Of a DNA stretch of 64,000 nucleotides, positions 10,182 through 19,055 are shown in pieces (the stretch's first letter is position 1; each line of letters starts with the position of its first letter). The stretch spans positions 160,001 through 224,000 of the forward strand of contig CAXRHT010000003.1 of NCBI GenBank assembly GCA_964230645.1, read 5' to 3'. Made by a program: the position numbers and the translations under genes. The notes under the pieces are model-generated. The model was not told the origin of the DNA and did not search any database. It was given only the letters and a program-made list of their open reading frames with translations. The DNA comes from Bdellovibrionales bacterium. GTDB lineage: Bacteria > Bdellovibrionota > Bdellovibrionia > Bdellovibrionales > JAGQZY01.

Positions 10182-11300
10182 TTATGATGATTTTCTAAAC
10201 TTGGGCATGGTGATTCTAGGCTTGGTTTGACTCTCGGGTTGTTCACCTTCGTCTTCATTGCCAGTGTGAAAGGTCTTCTTAGACACATAGGGAGCGGCTT
10301 GCTGCTTATCAATTGTTCCCATGGAAAGAAGTCTCTCGACGGCTGTTTCCATAGTCTGCATACCCATGCTCGTTGAAGTTTGCATTGTTGACTTAATTTG
10401 GAAAGTTTTTCCCTCACGAATAAGGTTTTGAATAGCGTTGTTATTAATCATGATCTCGTGGGCGGCCACACGTCCGCCGCCTGATTTCTTCAAGAGGGTT
10501 TGCGAAATGACGGCCTTTAAACTTTCCGAAAGCATAACCCGGATCTGAGACTGTTGCTCCTCTGGGAAGGAGTCAATAATACGGTCTACGGTTTTTGGAG
10601 CACTCATAGTGTGTAGCGTTCCGAAAACTAAGTGCCCTGTTTCCGCAGCCGTCATTGCAAGAGAGATCGTTTCTAGATCTCGCATCTCACCCACAAGAAT
10701 AATATCAGGGTCTTCACGAAGAGCGGCTTTCAAAGCGTTTTTAAAAGAGCCTGTATGGTTTCCAACTTCCCTTTGATTCACGATAGATTTTTTATTTTTG
10801 TGCACAAACTCGATCGGGTCTTCAATCGTTAAAATATGACCGTGGTCGGTGTCGTTAATATAGTCGACCATCGCTGCAAGGGTTGTCGACTTTCCCGAAC
10901 CTGTTGGACCTGTTACAAGAACCATTCCTTTTTTTTCTGTCAGGATATTTTTAAACGCAGGCGGACAGTTGAGATCTTTAAGAGATAAAATCTTAGAGGG
11001 AATATGGCGAAAAACCGAGCCAACTCCTAACCTCTGCATAAAGATATTACAACGAAAACGGCCACATCCCTCAACCTGGTAAGAGCAATCGAGTTCATTG
11101 GTTTCTTCAAATTTCTTAATCTGATCCTCATTAAGAATTTCATAAATAAGAGAGCGCACTTCATTGTTATTGAGCGGGCGATAGTTAAGAGGTTGGATGT
11201 CTCCGTCTACTCGAAGAGAGGGTGTAGATCCTGAAGTTAAATGAAGATCCGATGCTCCATTTTTAACCATTACTCGAAAAAGATCGTCTAACTTAGCCAT
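10182..11300 (-). CDS. pilT: Type IV pilus retraction ATPase PilT
   Basis: GASDLH, Walker A GPTGSGKST, TIEDPIE, LREDPDIILVGEMRD, GHLVFGTLHT and an AIQNLIRE motif. Confidence 0.93.
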   Translation of the reverse strand: MAKLDDLFRVMVKNGASDLHLTSGSTPSLRVDGDIQPLNYRPLNNNEVRSLIYEILNEDQIKKFEETNELDCSYQVEGCGRFRCNIFMQRLGVGSVFRHIPSKILSLKDLNCPPAFKNILTEKKGMVLVTGPTGSGKSTTLAAMVDYINDTDHGHILTIEDPIEFVHKNKKSIVNQREVGNHTGSFKNALKAALREDPDIILVGEMRDLETISLAMTAAETGHLVFGTLHTMSAPKTVDRIIDSFPEEQQSQIRVMLSESLKAVISQTLLKKSGGGRVAAHEIMINNNAIQNLIREGKTFQIKSTMQTSTSMGMQTMETAVERLLSMGTIDKQQAAPYVSKKTFHTGNEDEGEQPESQTKPRITMPKFRKSS

Positions 11301-11503
11301 AGCCTTTTATCTCCTCAATCTGGATTGCTTTTCCAGCATTCTAATGTTCTTAGCCATTTCCAGAACCTCAACAGAGATGTTGAGAGAAAAACAGGGTGGA
11401 AATGGTGATTTTTACACCCTTTCCTAGCTTTAGAACTAATTAACAATCGGATTATTTTTTGTTAAAGTTTAATCTTGGGCCGTTGAGCAAGGAATTTAGT
11501 AAA

Positions 11504-13021
11504 ATGCAAGGAAATCAAATACTTATAAATGTAAACTCCTTTGAAACGCGTGTGGCCCACTTAGAAAAAGGGGTTTTGGTCGATTTTAAAATCGAAAGAA
11601 AGCTCTCACCGACTTTGGTCGGAACAATTCACAAAGGCAAAGTGATCCGAGTCTTACCTGGAATGCAGGCGGCTTTCGTGGACATAGGTCTAGAGCGCGC
11701 CGCCTTTTTGTACGTTGGAGACGTTCGAGAAGAAAATGATTCCATCAATAAACGTGTTCAAGCCACTGAGCAAAGTGAGGATGAAGGTCTTCCAGAAATC
11801 ATTGAAAATGAAGATAAGCCAAAGATTCAAGAGCTTTTAAGGCAAGGTCAGTCCATTTTAGTACAAGTGGCAAAAGATCCTGTTGGCACTAAAGGCGCTA
11901 GAGTCACAACTCACATTTCTCTAGCAGGAAGAAAAATTGTTTATTTGCCCACACTCACTCATGTTGGAATTTCTAGAAAAATTGAAAACGAAGACGAAAG
12001 AGATCGCCTAAAAAAAGAAATAGAAAAAACGGGGATTGAAGGGGGAGTGATTGTTCGCACAGCCGGAGAGGGTATGGACGAGTTTGAACTCCAAAAGGAC
12101 ATTGGATACCTCAGTCAAATTTGGACAGGAATTCAAGAGTCAGCCAAGAATGAAAAAGGCATTGGACTGATTTATTCAGAAGTGGATTTTGAGTTAAGAG
12201 TTTTAAGGGACTTTCTAAATGAAAACATCGACGAGGTCCTTATCGACAACCGTGAGTCCTATGATAAAGCGGTGGAGTTTGTTTCGCAATACATGCCCAA
12301 GTTTAAAGGGATACTGAAATTTTATTCAGGCTCCGACCCACTTTTTGACAAGCAGGGCGTCTCACTTGATGTCGCCAAAGCGATCGATCGCAAGGTATGG
12401 TTGCGTTCTGGTGGATATTTAGTGATCGATGAAACGGAAGCTTTGGTGGTCATCGATGTGAATACAGGAAAATATGTTGGTAAAAAAGATCTCGAAGAAA
12501 CGATCTTTAAAACCAACATGGAAGCCGTCAAAGAAATTGCCCACCAAATTCGAGTTCGCGACTGTGGTGGAATCATCATTGTAGACTTCATCGATATGAC
12601 GGTAGAGGAGCACCGAGAAAAAATTCTTGATTCTTTATCAATGGAGGTGAAGTCGGATTCGGTTCGAGTGTCTGTTATTTCCATGACCGGTCTTGGGTTG
12701 GTGGAGTTAACGAGAAAGCGACTACGGCCAAGTTTACTTAGGTCATTAACTGAGCCCTGTTTTTATTGTGAAGGGATTGGTCGGCTAAAACGCAGGGAGA
12801 CTTTGATCTCTGATGTCTTTCGAGATCTGGATCGTCAGATCAAACGGAATAAGGCCGTTGAGACCTGGATTGTTCGCTGCCACTCGGATTTGGTCTCTTG
12901 GGTCTACAGCGAGGAGAGTGAATTGATCTCTCAAATTGAAGGGGAGCTTGGCGTTTCCATTATTTTTAAGGCCGACCCGAAACTGCATTGGGAAGAGTTT
13001 GAATTCGACCGAGATTTGTAA
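11504..13021 (+). CDS. rng: Ribonuclease G (Rne/Rng family)
   Basis: S1 domain GMQAAFVDIG, VIDVNTG, GGIIIVDFIDM and Zn-link CFYC. No long RNase E scaffold. Confidence 0.9.
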   Translation: MQGNQILINVNSFETRVAHLEKGVLVDFKIERKLSPTLVGTIHKGKVIRVLPGMQAAFVDIGLERAAFLYVGDVREENDSINKRVQATEQSEDEGLPEIIENEDKPKIQELLRQGQSILVQVAKDPVGTKGARVTTHISLAGRKIVYLPTLTHVGISRKIENEDERDRLKKEIEKTGIEGGVIVRTAGEGMDEFELQKDIGYLSQIWTGIQESAKNEKGIGLIYSEVDFELRVLRDFLNENIDEVLIDNRESYDKAVEFVSQYMPKFKGILKFYSGSDPLFDKQGVSLDVAKAIDRKVWLRSGGYLVIDETEALVVIDVNTGKYVGKKDLEETIFKTNMEAVKEIAHQIRVRDCGGIIIVDFIDMTVEEHREKILDSLSMEVKSDSVRVSVISMTGLGLVELTRKRLRPSLLRSLTEPCFYCEGIGRLKRRETLISDVFRDLDRQIKRNKAVETWIVRCHSDLVSWVYSEESELISQIEGELGVSIIFKADPKLHWEEFEFDRDL

Positions 13022-13249
13022 CTACGGGCCTATAAAGCCTATTTTTTGAGAAAAAAATAAGAATTTAATGAAAAATTAAGGCTTTTCTCAAGGCCTAGAA
13101 TTGCTTAAGTCACTGAAATTCAATATATTTTTACAATATAGCGGCCTTATGACTCAGTCTTAAAAAATTTGTAATAAGGCGCTGAAATTATTGACAAAAC
13201 TTACGCAGCATGACACTTTCTCGAGTCATTTACTGCTATGGAGGACTCA

Positions 13250-13750
13250 ATGTACGCCGTAATCCGCACAGGTGGAAAACAATATAAGGTGAAAGCTGGC
13301 GATCTAATTAAAGTTGAAAAACTCAATCAAGCTGAAGGCGATGAGTTTGAAATGACTGATGTTTTGATGGTTTCTGGAAAATCGGCTCATGTTGGAGAGC
13401 CCTTAGTTTCAAATGCAAAAGTTCAGGTTCAGGTTGTTAAATCCGGAAAAGCCAAAAAGATTCTAGTTTTCAAAAAGAAAAGAAGACAAGGTTACCGTAA
13501 AACCCAAGGACATCGTCAAGAGTACACAGAGCTTTTCGTTAAATCGATTACCTCTCCTGATGGTGAGTCAGCGACGGCTGAATTGAAAAAAGCGGCGAAG
13601 TCGACCGAAGAAAAGCCAGCTAAAAAGAAAGCGGCCAAAAAGAAGACAGCTAAGAAAAAAACGGCTAAGAAGAAGACTTCTAAAAAGAAGGCGACTAAGA
13701 AAAAAGCCGCTAAAAAGAAAACGAAGAAGAAAACCACTAAAAAATCGTAA
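13250..13750 (+). CDS. rplU: 50S ribosomal protein L21 with a Lys/Ala/Thr-rich C-terminal tail
   Basis: MYAVIRTGGKQYKV...GHRQ core, GGAGG SD, directly upstream of rpmA. Confidence 0.96.
   Translation: MYAVIRTGGKQYKVKAGDLIKVEKLNQAEGDEFEMTDVLMVSGKSAHVGEPLVSNAKVQVQVVKSGKAKKILVFKKKRRQGYRKTQGHRQEYTELFVKSITSPDGESATAELKKAAKSTEEKPAKKKAAKKKTAKKKTAKKKTSKKKATKKKAAKKKTKKKTTKKS
13622..13747 (+). repeat. Coding tandem repeat of KKK(A/T)(A/S/T) pentapeptides in the rplU tail
   Basis: KKKAA KKKTA KKKTA KKKTS KKKAT KKKAA KKKT KKKTT KKS. Confidence 0.9.
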
Positions 13751-13766
13751 CTAATAGGAGATTATC

Positions 13767-14030
13767 ATGGCATCGAAGAAGGCCGCAGGTAGTACGAAGA
13801 ACGGTAGAGATAGTAAGAGTAAAAGACTGGGTGTAAAACGTTTTGGTGGTCAAAATGTAAAAGCTGGCTCGATTCTAGTTCGCCAACGTGGAACTCAGTA
13901 CCAGGTTGGTACTAACGTGGGTATGGGAAGAGATCACACGATTTTCGCCAAAATCGATGGTCAGGTTAAGTTCGAAAGAGTGAACAAAAATAAACAGAAG
14001 ATTTCTGTTTATCCTAGAACAGCATCCTAA
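13767..14030 (+). CDS. rpmA: 50S ribosomal protein L27
   Basis: [16 protein letters not shown]...RLGVK...ILVRQRGT. Confidence 0.98.
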   Translation: MASKKAAGSTKNGRDSKSKRLGVKRFGGQNVKAGSILVRQRGTQYQVGTNVGMGRDHTIFAKIDGQVKFERVNKNKQKISVYPRTAS

Positions 14031-14077
14031 GTCGTTTCAGGTATAAAAAAATCCAACAGCGACGACTCGCTGGGACA

Positions 14078-14108
14078 CAAAGGCGAATGAAAATTCGCCT
14101 TTTTTATT
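14078..14108 (+). terminator. Intrinsic terminator after rplU-rpmA
   Basis: AAAAGGCGAAT-GAAA-ATTCGCCTTTTTT. Confidence 0.85.
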
Positions 14109-14120
14109 TTGAGGGACCCG

Positions 14121-15149
14121 ATGAGGTTTATTGATGAGGTAAAAATTCAATTAACGGCAGGCAAAGGTGGGCCCGGGTGCGCCAGTTTCGCCAGTGATCC
14201 GATCAAACCGCGGGGAGGTCCCGACGGTGGTGATGGGGGTCGCGGTGGCAATGTCGTTTTGAAAATCAATGAACATTTGAACTCACTTTTTCACCTCCAA
14301 GGTAAAAGAAAACTATCGGCAAAAAATGGAGTTCCTGGAACCTCGCAAAATCGCAAAGGCGCAAGAGGAGAGGACTTAGTCATCGAAGTTCCTCCTGGAA
14401 CAGTGGTTCGCTCGGAGTCAGGCGAACTTATTGTCGACCTTTTTGAAGGGGAGTATTGCCTGCTTCATGGTGGCCGTGGCGGCAAGGGAAACACTCATTA
14501 TAAGACAAGTGTCAACCAGGCTCCCTACAAGTTTCAACCCGGAGAGCCGGGCGAGGAAGGGGAGTTGACCTTCCAACTCAAGCTTCTCGCCGATGTTGGA
14601 GTGGTAGGCTTTCCCAATGCTGGAAAATCGACTCTGGTTTCTGCGCTAACAGCGGCTAGACCTAAAATTGCCGATTATCCTTTCACGACTCTTGAGCCAA
14701 ACTTAGGGGTTGTTAAATTAAGTGAGACTTCGACATTTACTATCGCTGATATCCCGGGACTAATAGAGGGGGCTTCGCAAGGAGTCGGACTCGGGCATCA
14801 ATTTCTAAAGCATGTGGAGAGAACAAAAATTTTCGTCCATTTGATTGATGCCAGTGATTTTTCTGATCGCGACTTATGGGATGATTATTGTAAAATAAAT
14901 ACAGAACTGGCGCAGTATGATTCTGTTTTTAATGATTTGGAAGATTTTGTGCCTCTGTCTCAAAGACAGCAGATTGTTGTGTTCAATAAAGTGGACTCCG
15001 CCAGCGAGGATCGCTTGGATTATTTTGAAAACATATTTAAAAAGAATCATTTGAGAGTCATAAAAATTTCAGCTGTGACTCATTTAAATAAAGAAGAATT
15101 GATCAGAAAACTGAGTGAAGCCGTTTTCGGAGGAAATGAAAATGAATAA
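14121..15149 (+). CDS. obgE: GTPase ObgE/CgtA
   Basis: Gly-rich Obg fold (GGPDGGDGGRGG), GFPNAGKST, DYPFTT, DIPG and NKVD. Confidence 0.96.
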   Translation: MRFIDEVKIQLTAGKGGPGCASFASDPIKPRGGPDGGDGGRGGNVVLKINEHLNSLFHLQGKRKLSAKNGVPGTSQNRKGARGEDLVIEVPPGTVVRSESGELIVDLFEGEYCLLHGGRGGKGNTHYKTSVNQAPYKFQPGEPGEEGELTFQLKLLADVGVVGFPNAGKSTLVSALTAARPKIADYPFTTLEPNLGVVKLSETSTFTIADIPGLIEGASQGVGLGHQFLKHVERTKIFVHLIDASDFSDRDLWDDYCKINTELAQYDSVFNDLEDFVPLSQRQQIVVFNKVDSASEDRLDYFENIFKKNHLRVIKISAVTHLNKEELIRKLSEAVFGGNENE

Positions 15150-16167
15150 AGTCGCACTTTTTGGTGGAACCTTTGACCCTGTTCATATGGGACACGCTGC
15201 TTGTGTTCAACACTTGGTTGAAAAGATGGATTTTTCAAAAGTCGTGTTGATACCGACAAGCCAAAACCCTCTTAAAGTGGACCGCGTTCCGGCCTCCAAG
15301 GAAGATCGTTTAAAAATGATCGAGCTGGCTTTAAGTGACTACAAAAATGAAATCACGGTGGATGAGTATGAAGTCATGCAGCAGTCCCCGGCTTTTTCAT
15401 ACGAAACCTTAAAGCGCTACCAAGAAAACTACGCTCCCGAAGAGCTTTTTTTAGTCATGGGCTTAGATACCTTTTCAGAGATTGATCAATGGAAGAACTT
15501 TACCGAGATTTTGAAAATGACAAACCTTTTAGTAGTAAGTCGCCCTCCTTATCGACGTCCCTTTGGCATCGAGGACCTACCCGAAGGCTTAAAAGAGCAT
15601 GTTCATTCCTACGATAGAGGTTTTGCCTTACTTAAAAGTGGTCGAACCATTGAGTTCGTAACAATTAAGACCGAGGACATCTCGTCAACTTTAGTTAGAA
15701 AGAAACTGAAGGCTGGTAAAAAGCTTAACCGACTAATCAACCTCGATGTCGAAAAGTATATTATTGAAAATGATGTTTATCCGAGGCTTTCTCCTGGAAA
15801 AATTGATTATAAAGATCTTAGCTTTTTTGTTGGAGGGATATTACAGGAAAGAGCAATGAACTGTATGGGTTACGATCTTAGTCATCTTGATAAGCTCTAT
15901 GACTATACTTTGATTGCCTCCGCCACAAGTACCAAGCAAGCCTTATCCCTTTCGACGATTGTCAAAGACAGAGTGAAAGAAGAATACGGCATAACACCTT
16001 TTGGGATGGAAGGTCGTGAAGATGGTCGGTGGGTGATCCTCGACTACGGGGCCCTCATCGTGCACATATTTTATGATTTTGTTCGCCAAGAATATCATTT
16101 AGAAGGTTTATGGAAAGAGGGAACAAAGTTAGAATTACCAAACAAAGAAAGGCCACCTCAAACCTAA
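15142..16167 (+). CDS. nadD: Fusion of nicotinate-nucleotide adenylyltransferase (NadD) and ribosome silencing factor (RsfS/Iojap)
   Basis: N-terminal FGGTFDPVHMGH and ISST motifs. The C-terminal ~120 aa contain WVILDYGALIVHIF...RQEYHLEGLW (RsfS signature). One uninterrupted frame. Confidence 0.9.
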   Translation: MNKVALFGGTFDPVHMGHAACVQHLVEKMDFSKVVLIPTSQNPLKVDRVPASKEDRLKMIELALSDYKNEITVDEYEVMQQSPAFSYETLKRYQENYAPEELFLVMGLDTFSEIDQWKNFTEILKMTNLLVVSRPPYRRPFGIEDLPEGLKEHVHSYDRGFALLKSGRTIEFVTIKTEDISSTLVRKKLKAGKKLNRLINLDVEKYIIENDVYPRLSPGKIDYKDLSFFVGGILQERAMNCMGYDLSHLDKLYDYTLIASATSTKQALSLSTIVKDRVKEEYGITPFGMEGREDGRWVILDYGALIVHIFYDFVRQEYHLEGLWKEGTKLELPNKERPPQT

Positions 16168-16186
16168 TTTAAATAAGGCTTTAAGT

Positions 16187-16612
16187 TTGGAAGTTGAAAT
16201 CATAACCACCCATATCTCAAAATCTAGCTGGTCCTATCAATTGACCGAGGAATACGTGAAAAAAATGAAGGCCTTCGATAAGCTTCGTTTCACGGTTGTT
16301 AAAGATGAAAAAAAATTTCTCGATAAAATAAAGTCGGGGGACCGAGTGATCTGTTGTGATGAGAATGGTGAGGCTTTCTCTAGTCGTCAGTTTAGTAAAA
16401 AAATTTCACACTATCGTGACGGTGGGATTCAGAGACTCATTTTTTTTGTAGGCGGACCCTTTGGCCTTCCCAGCCCAGTGCTTGAAAGGGCTGACCTAAA
16501 AGTGCAATTATCTAGCTTAGTTATGAATCAAGAGATCGCTCTAGCTGTGTTAATGGAGCAAATCTTTCGAGCTTATACCATTCTTAACAACCATCCCTAT
16601 CATAACGATTAG
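16187..16612 (+). CDS. rlmH: 23S rRNA m3-pseudouridine-1915 methyltransferase
   Basis: SPOUT motifs FFVGGPFG and EQIFRAY...HPYH. Syntenic after rsfS. Confidence 0.92.
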   Translation: MEVEIITTHISKSSWSYQLTEEYVKKMKAFDKLRFTVVKDEKKFLDKIKSGDRVICCDENGEAFSSRQFSKKISHYRDGGIQRLIFFVGGPFGLPSPVLERADLKVQLSSLVMNQEIALAVLMEQIFRAYTILNNHPYHND

Positions 16613-16644
16613 TTTGCTTTGCTGATTTCGAGGTGATACCTCTG

Positions 16645-16661
16645 CATTCGTTTTAGGAATG
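16645..16661. promoter_or_regulatory. Candidate LysR autoregulatory box (T-N11-A palindrome)
   Basis: CATTC-N7-GAATG, about 25 nt upstream of the LysR start. Confidence 0.4.
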
Positions 16662-16686
16662 TCACTACTTCAATGTAGGAAGGCTT

Positions 16687-17565
16687 ATGAGGCTTAAAGA
16701 TCATATTGGAAAACTAGAATACTTTTGCGCTGTTGCGGAGTCTCGATCTATTAAAGGGGCTAGTAAAAAAGTCTTCATTGGCCAACCTCAACTAACCAAA
16801 GTCGTTAAACAATTAGAAGACTGTGTTGGAACCAGCTTAGTGGTTCGCTCCTCTAAGGGAATCACTCTGACTCAACCCGGTGAGAAGCTCTACCGGTACT
16901 CCAAAAAGATTCTACAACAAGTTGATGAGGCCGAGTTTTTAATCAAATCTAAAGATGAAGATTTCCAAGGGGAATTAAGAATTGGAACTTATGACAGTAT
17001 TGCTCGCTACTTTTTCCCCGATTTCATCAAGTACATAAATGCCACCATGCCAGGAGTCTCCCTCCGTCTGCATACGGGCCGAAGTGACGACATCCTTAAG
17101 AAATTAAAAAATAAAGAGTTTGATGTGGCAATCATCGTTGCAGAAGCAAAGAGCACGAATATTGTTTCTGCCTCCAAAATTTATAGTGATTCGTTTGGAC
17201 TTTATAAATCAGTCAATATGGAAAACCGTTTTGATAAAAATCTTATTTATTTTCCATACCCGTTAAATAATACTCCCGATGCTATGAAAAAATTTGGTTT
17301 TGTTCACTCCATGGTGTGCGACAATCTTGAGACTGTTCGCTCTTTGGCGGAACAAGGGGTAGGAATTGGACTACTCCCCCATCGAGTGGCCAAACAAAGT
17401 GTTATGAACAGTCAATTGGTAGAACATAACCACCCAAAAATTAAATCTAACAGTTTTGATACTCACGACATTTCCATGTTTCATCTTAAAAAAGAGGAGT
17501 CATCTCTTAAAAACTTTGTCGTCGACGAGATGAAACGCTTTCTTTCCCTCTGGCATAAATCTTAA
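16687..17565 (+). CDS. LysR-family transcriptional regulator
   Basis: N-terminal HTH (YFCAVAE...QPQLTKVVKQLE...LTQPG) and GELRIG; 292 aa. Confidence 0.92.
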   Translation: MRLKDHIGKLEYFCAVAESRSIKGASKKVFIGQPQLTKVVKQLEDCVGTSLVVRSSKGITLTQPGEKLYRYSKKILQQVDEAEFLIKSKDEDFQGELRIGTYDSIARYFFPDFIKYINATMPGVSLRLHTGRSDDILKKLKNKEFDVAIIVAEAKSTNIVSASKIYSDSFGLYKSVNMENRFDKNLIYFPYPLNNTPDAMKKFGFVHSMVCDNLETVRSLAEQGVGIGLLPHRVAKQSVMNSQLVEHNHPKIKSNSFDTHDISMFHLKKEESSLKNFVVDEMKRFLSLWHKS

Positions 17566-17756
17566 ACTTAATTTCTTACCGATATTATAGCTAAATAGAA
17601 TTTTTATAATTCTCTTCCATTACACGGTCACAGTCATTGGACCGCCTTCTTGGGTGTTTGTAGTTCGTATTCTAGTCGATCATTTCGGTCGATTTCTGTT
17701 GTGGTAAGAGTCTTTGCACAAGGAACAGGGGGTAGTGTATTGCAGTTCAAGTCCCT

Positions 17757-18338
17757 ATGTCTTTAGGAATACTAAAATATTTAAGACGCTGTCCTCTTTG
17801 CTACAGATTATTTCCCCGAGTGGAGTGGCTTTGCTTGGCTTGCCTTGCAAGAGTGTCTGAGGAGCTCACTCTTAAGCATCGAATGATCGATTCGAGGATT
17901 GATCACTTCTACCTTCTTGATTGGGAAAAGGAGGATGGGCTTTCTCCTTTGGTTTATAGTTTAAAAGGAGGCCGATGCGTCTGGGCCTTTGAGTTTCTAA
18001 GTCAATATTTTCGTAAGCTTCAGTCTCCGAGGAGAAGGAGGCTTTACTACCCTAGTAAAGAAGCCAAAGACCATGCCTTTCAACTGGCCCACCAATTGAG
18101 CTTAAGCCAAGGGTTGACTCCGTATCCTTTGATAAAATCGGGCCAGAAAAAGCAGTCCTTGTTGAGAAGGGGGGAACGGGGGAGAGTTCATTATTTATCT
18201 GAGAGAAAGGAGTGTCGAGAGGCCCTTTTCGTAGATGACATTGTCACAACAGGGTCCACAGCCAAGGCAGGATTTAAAGCCTTGGGCCAGCCTAAAAAAA
18301 TGACCGTCTGGAGCCTATTTTATCGCAATTACTTGTGA
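17757..18338 (+). CDS. ComF-like protein (Zn ribbon plus phosphoribosyltransferase domain)
   Basis: CPLC...CLAC N-terminus and PRPP-binding FVDDIVTTGST. Confidence 0.8.
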   Translation: MSLGILKYLRRCPLCYRLFPRVEWLCLACLARVSEELTLKHRMIDSRIDHFYLLDWEKEDGLSPLVYSLKGGRCVWAFEFLSQYFRKLQSPRRRRLYYPSKEAKDHAFQLAHQLSLSQGLTPYPLIKSGQKKQSLLRRGERGRVHYLSERKECREALFVDDIVTTGSTAKAGFKALGQPKKMTVWSLFYRNYL

Positions 18339-18366
18339 TTCCCAGAGGGTTTTGCTATGGTGCATT

Positions 18367-19053
18367 ATGACTCAAAAAGGCCTAATTTTCGCGCTTTTAA
18401 TTCTGTTTGTATGGTCTCCGCTGGGAGCCAAAGACAAAACTATTGTTCGCTCGATCTCAAAAGAGGATATGCTTCTTTTGCGGGAAGTGGACCAAAAATA
18501 TCAAAAACAACACGGTATTCATTTGCATCTCAAAAAGACAATCACTCTGGGAATGCTGGGCAGTCAAAAAACATCCCATGGGGAAGTTTGGCTAAAGAAT
18601 GGCAAAATGAAATTGGTCATTGATAAACCCCAACCTTCAAAAATTGTGGCAGGCTCTCAGTTCCTTTGGATTGAAAGCGCTCCTCCCGAGGATTTCGAAG
18701 GTGCTAAAGTGCAAGTCCTGCGTGCTTCTCTTAATTCCAAGCAGGCTAAGTCTCAAGGACTCATTCAGTTATTGACTCAAGGGGGGGTTCTCAAATACTT
18801 CCGTGTGTCAGGAATACAGAAAGAAGATCAAAAGGTTCGTTTTTTCCTGCAGCCTGATCAGCAATCTGTAGAGTTCAAACGAGCCCAAATTGAAGTGAAT
18901 CCCAAAACCAAAGTGATTCGTCTTCTTCGTTATTGGGATCAAATGGATAATGAAACGACTTTTGAATTTTCGAAATCTGAGTTTAACCTGAAATTGGCGG
19001 GGAGTGTATTCCAATACAGCCCTCCAAAAAATGCGGAAGTGATCACCTACTAA
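18367..19053 (+). CDS. LolA-family outer-membrane lipoprotein carrier
   Basis: Signal peptide, G-x-V-W-L-K...MKL beta-sheet pattern and C-terminal FQYSPPKNAEV, typical of LolA. Confidence 0.7.
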   Translation: MTQKGLIFALLILFVWSPLGAKDKTIVRSISKEDMLLLREVDQKYQKQHGIHLHLKKTITLGMLGSQKTSHGEVWLKNGKMKLVIDKPQPSKIVAGSQFLWIESAPPEDFEGAKVQVLRASLNSKQAKSQGLIQLLTQGGVLKYFRVSGIQKEDQKVRFFLQPDQQSVEFKRAQIEVNPKTKVIRLLRYWDQMDNETTFEFSKSEFNLKLAGSVFQYSPPKNAEVITY

Positions 19054-19055
19054 TT

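Noticed and set aside
13516..13737. Phe-rich antisense ORF (FFLAAFFL repeats)
   Set aside because: It is simply the reverse complement of the Lys-rich rplU tail.
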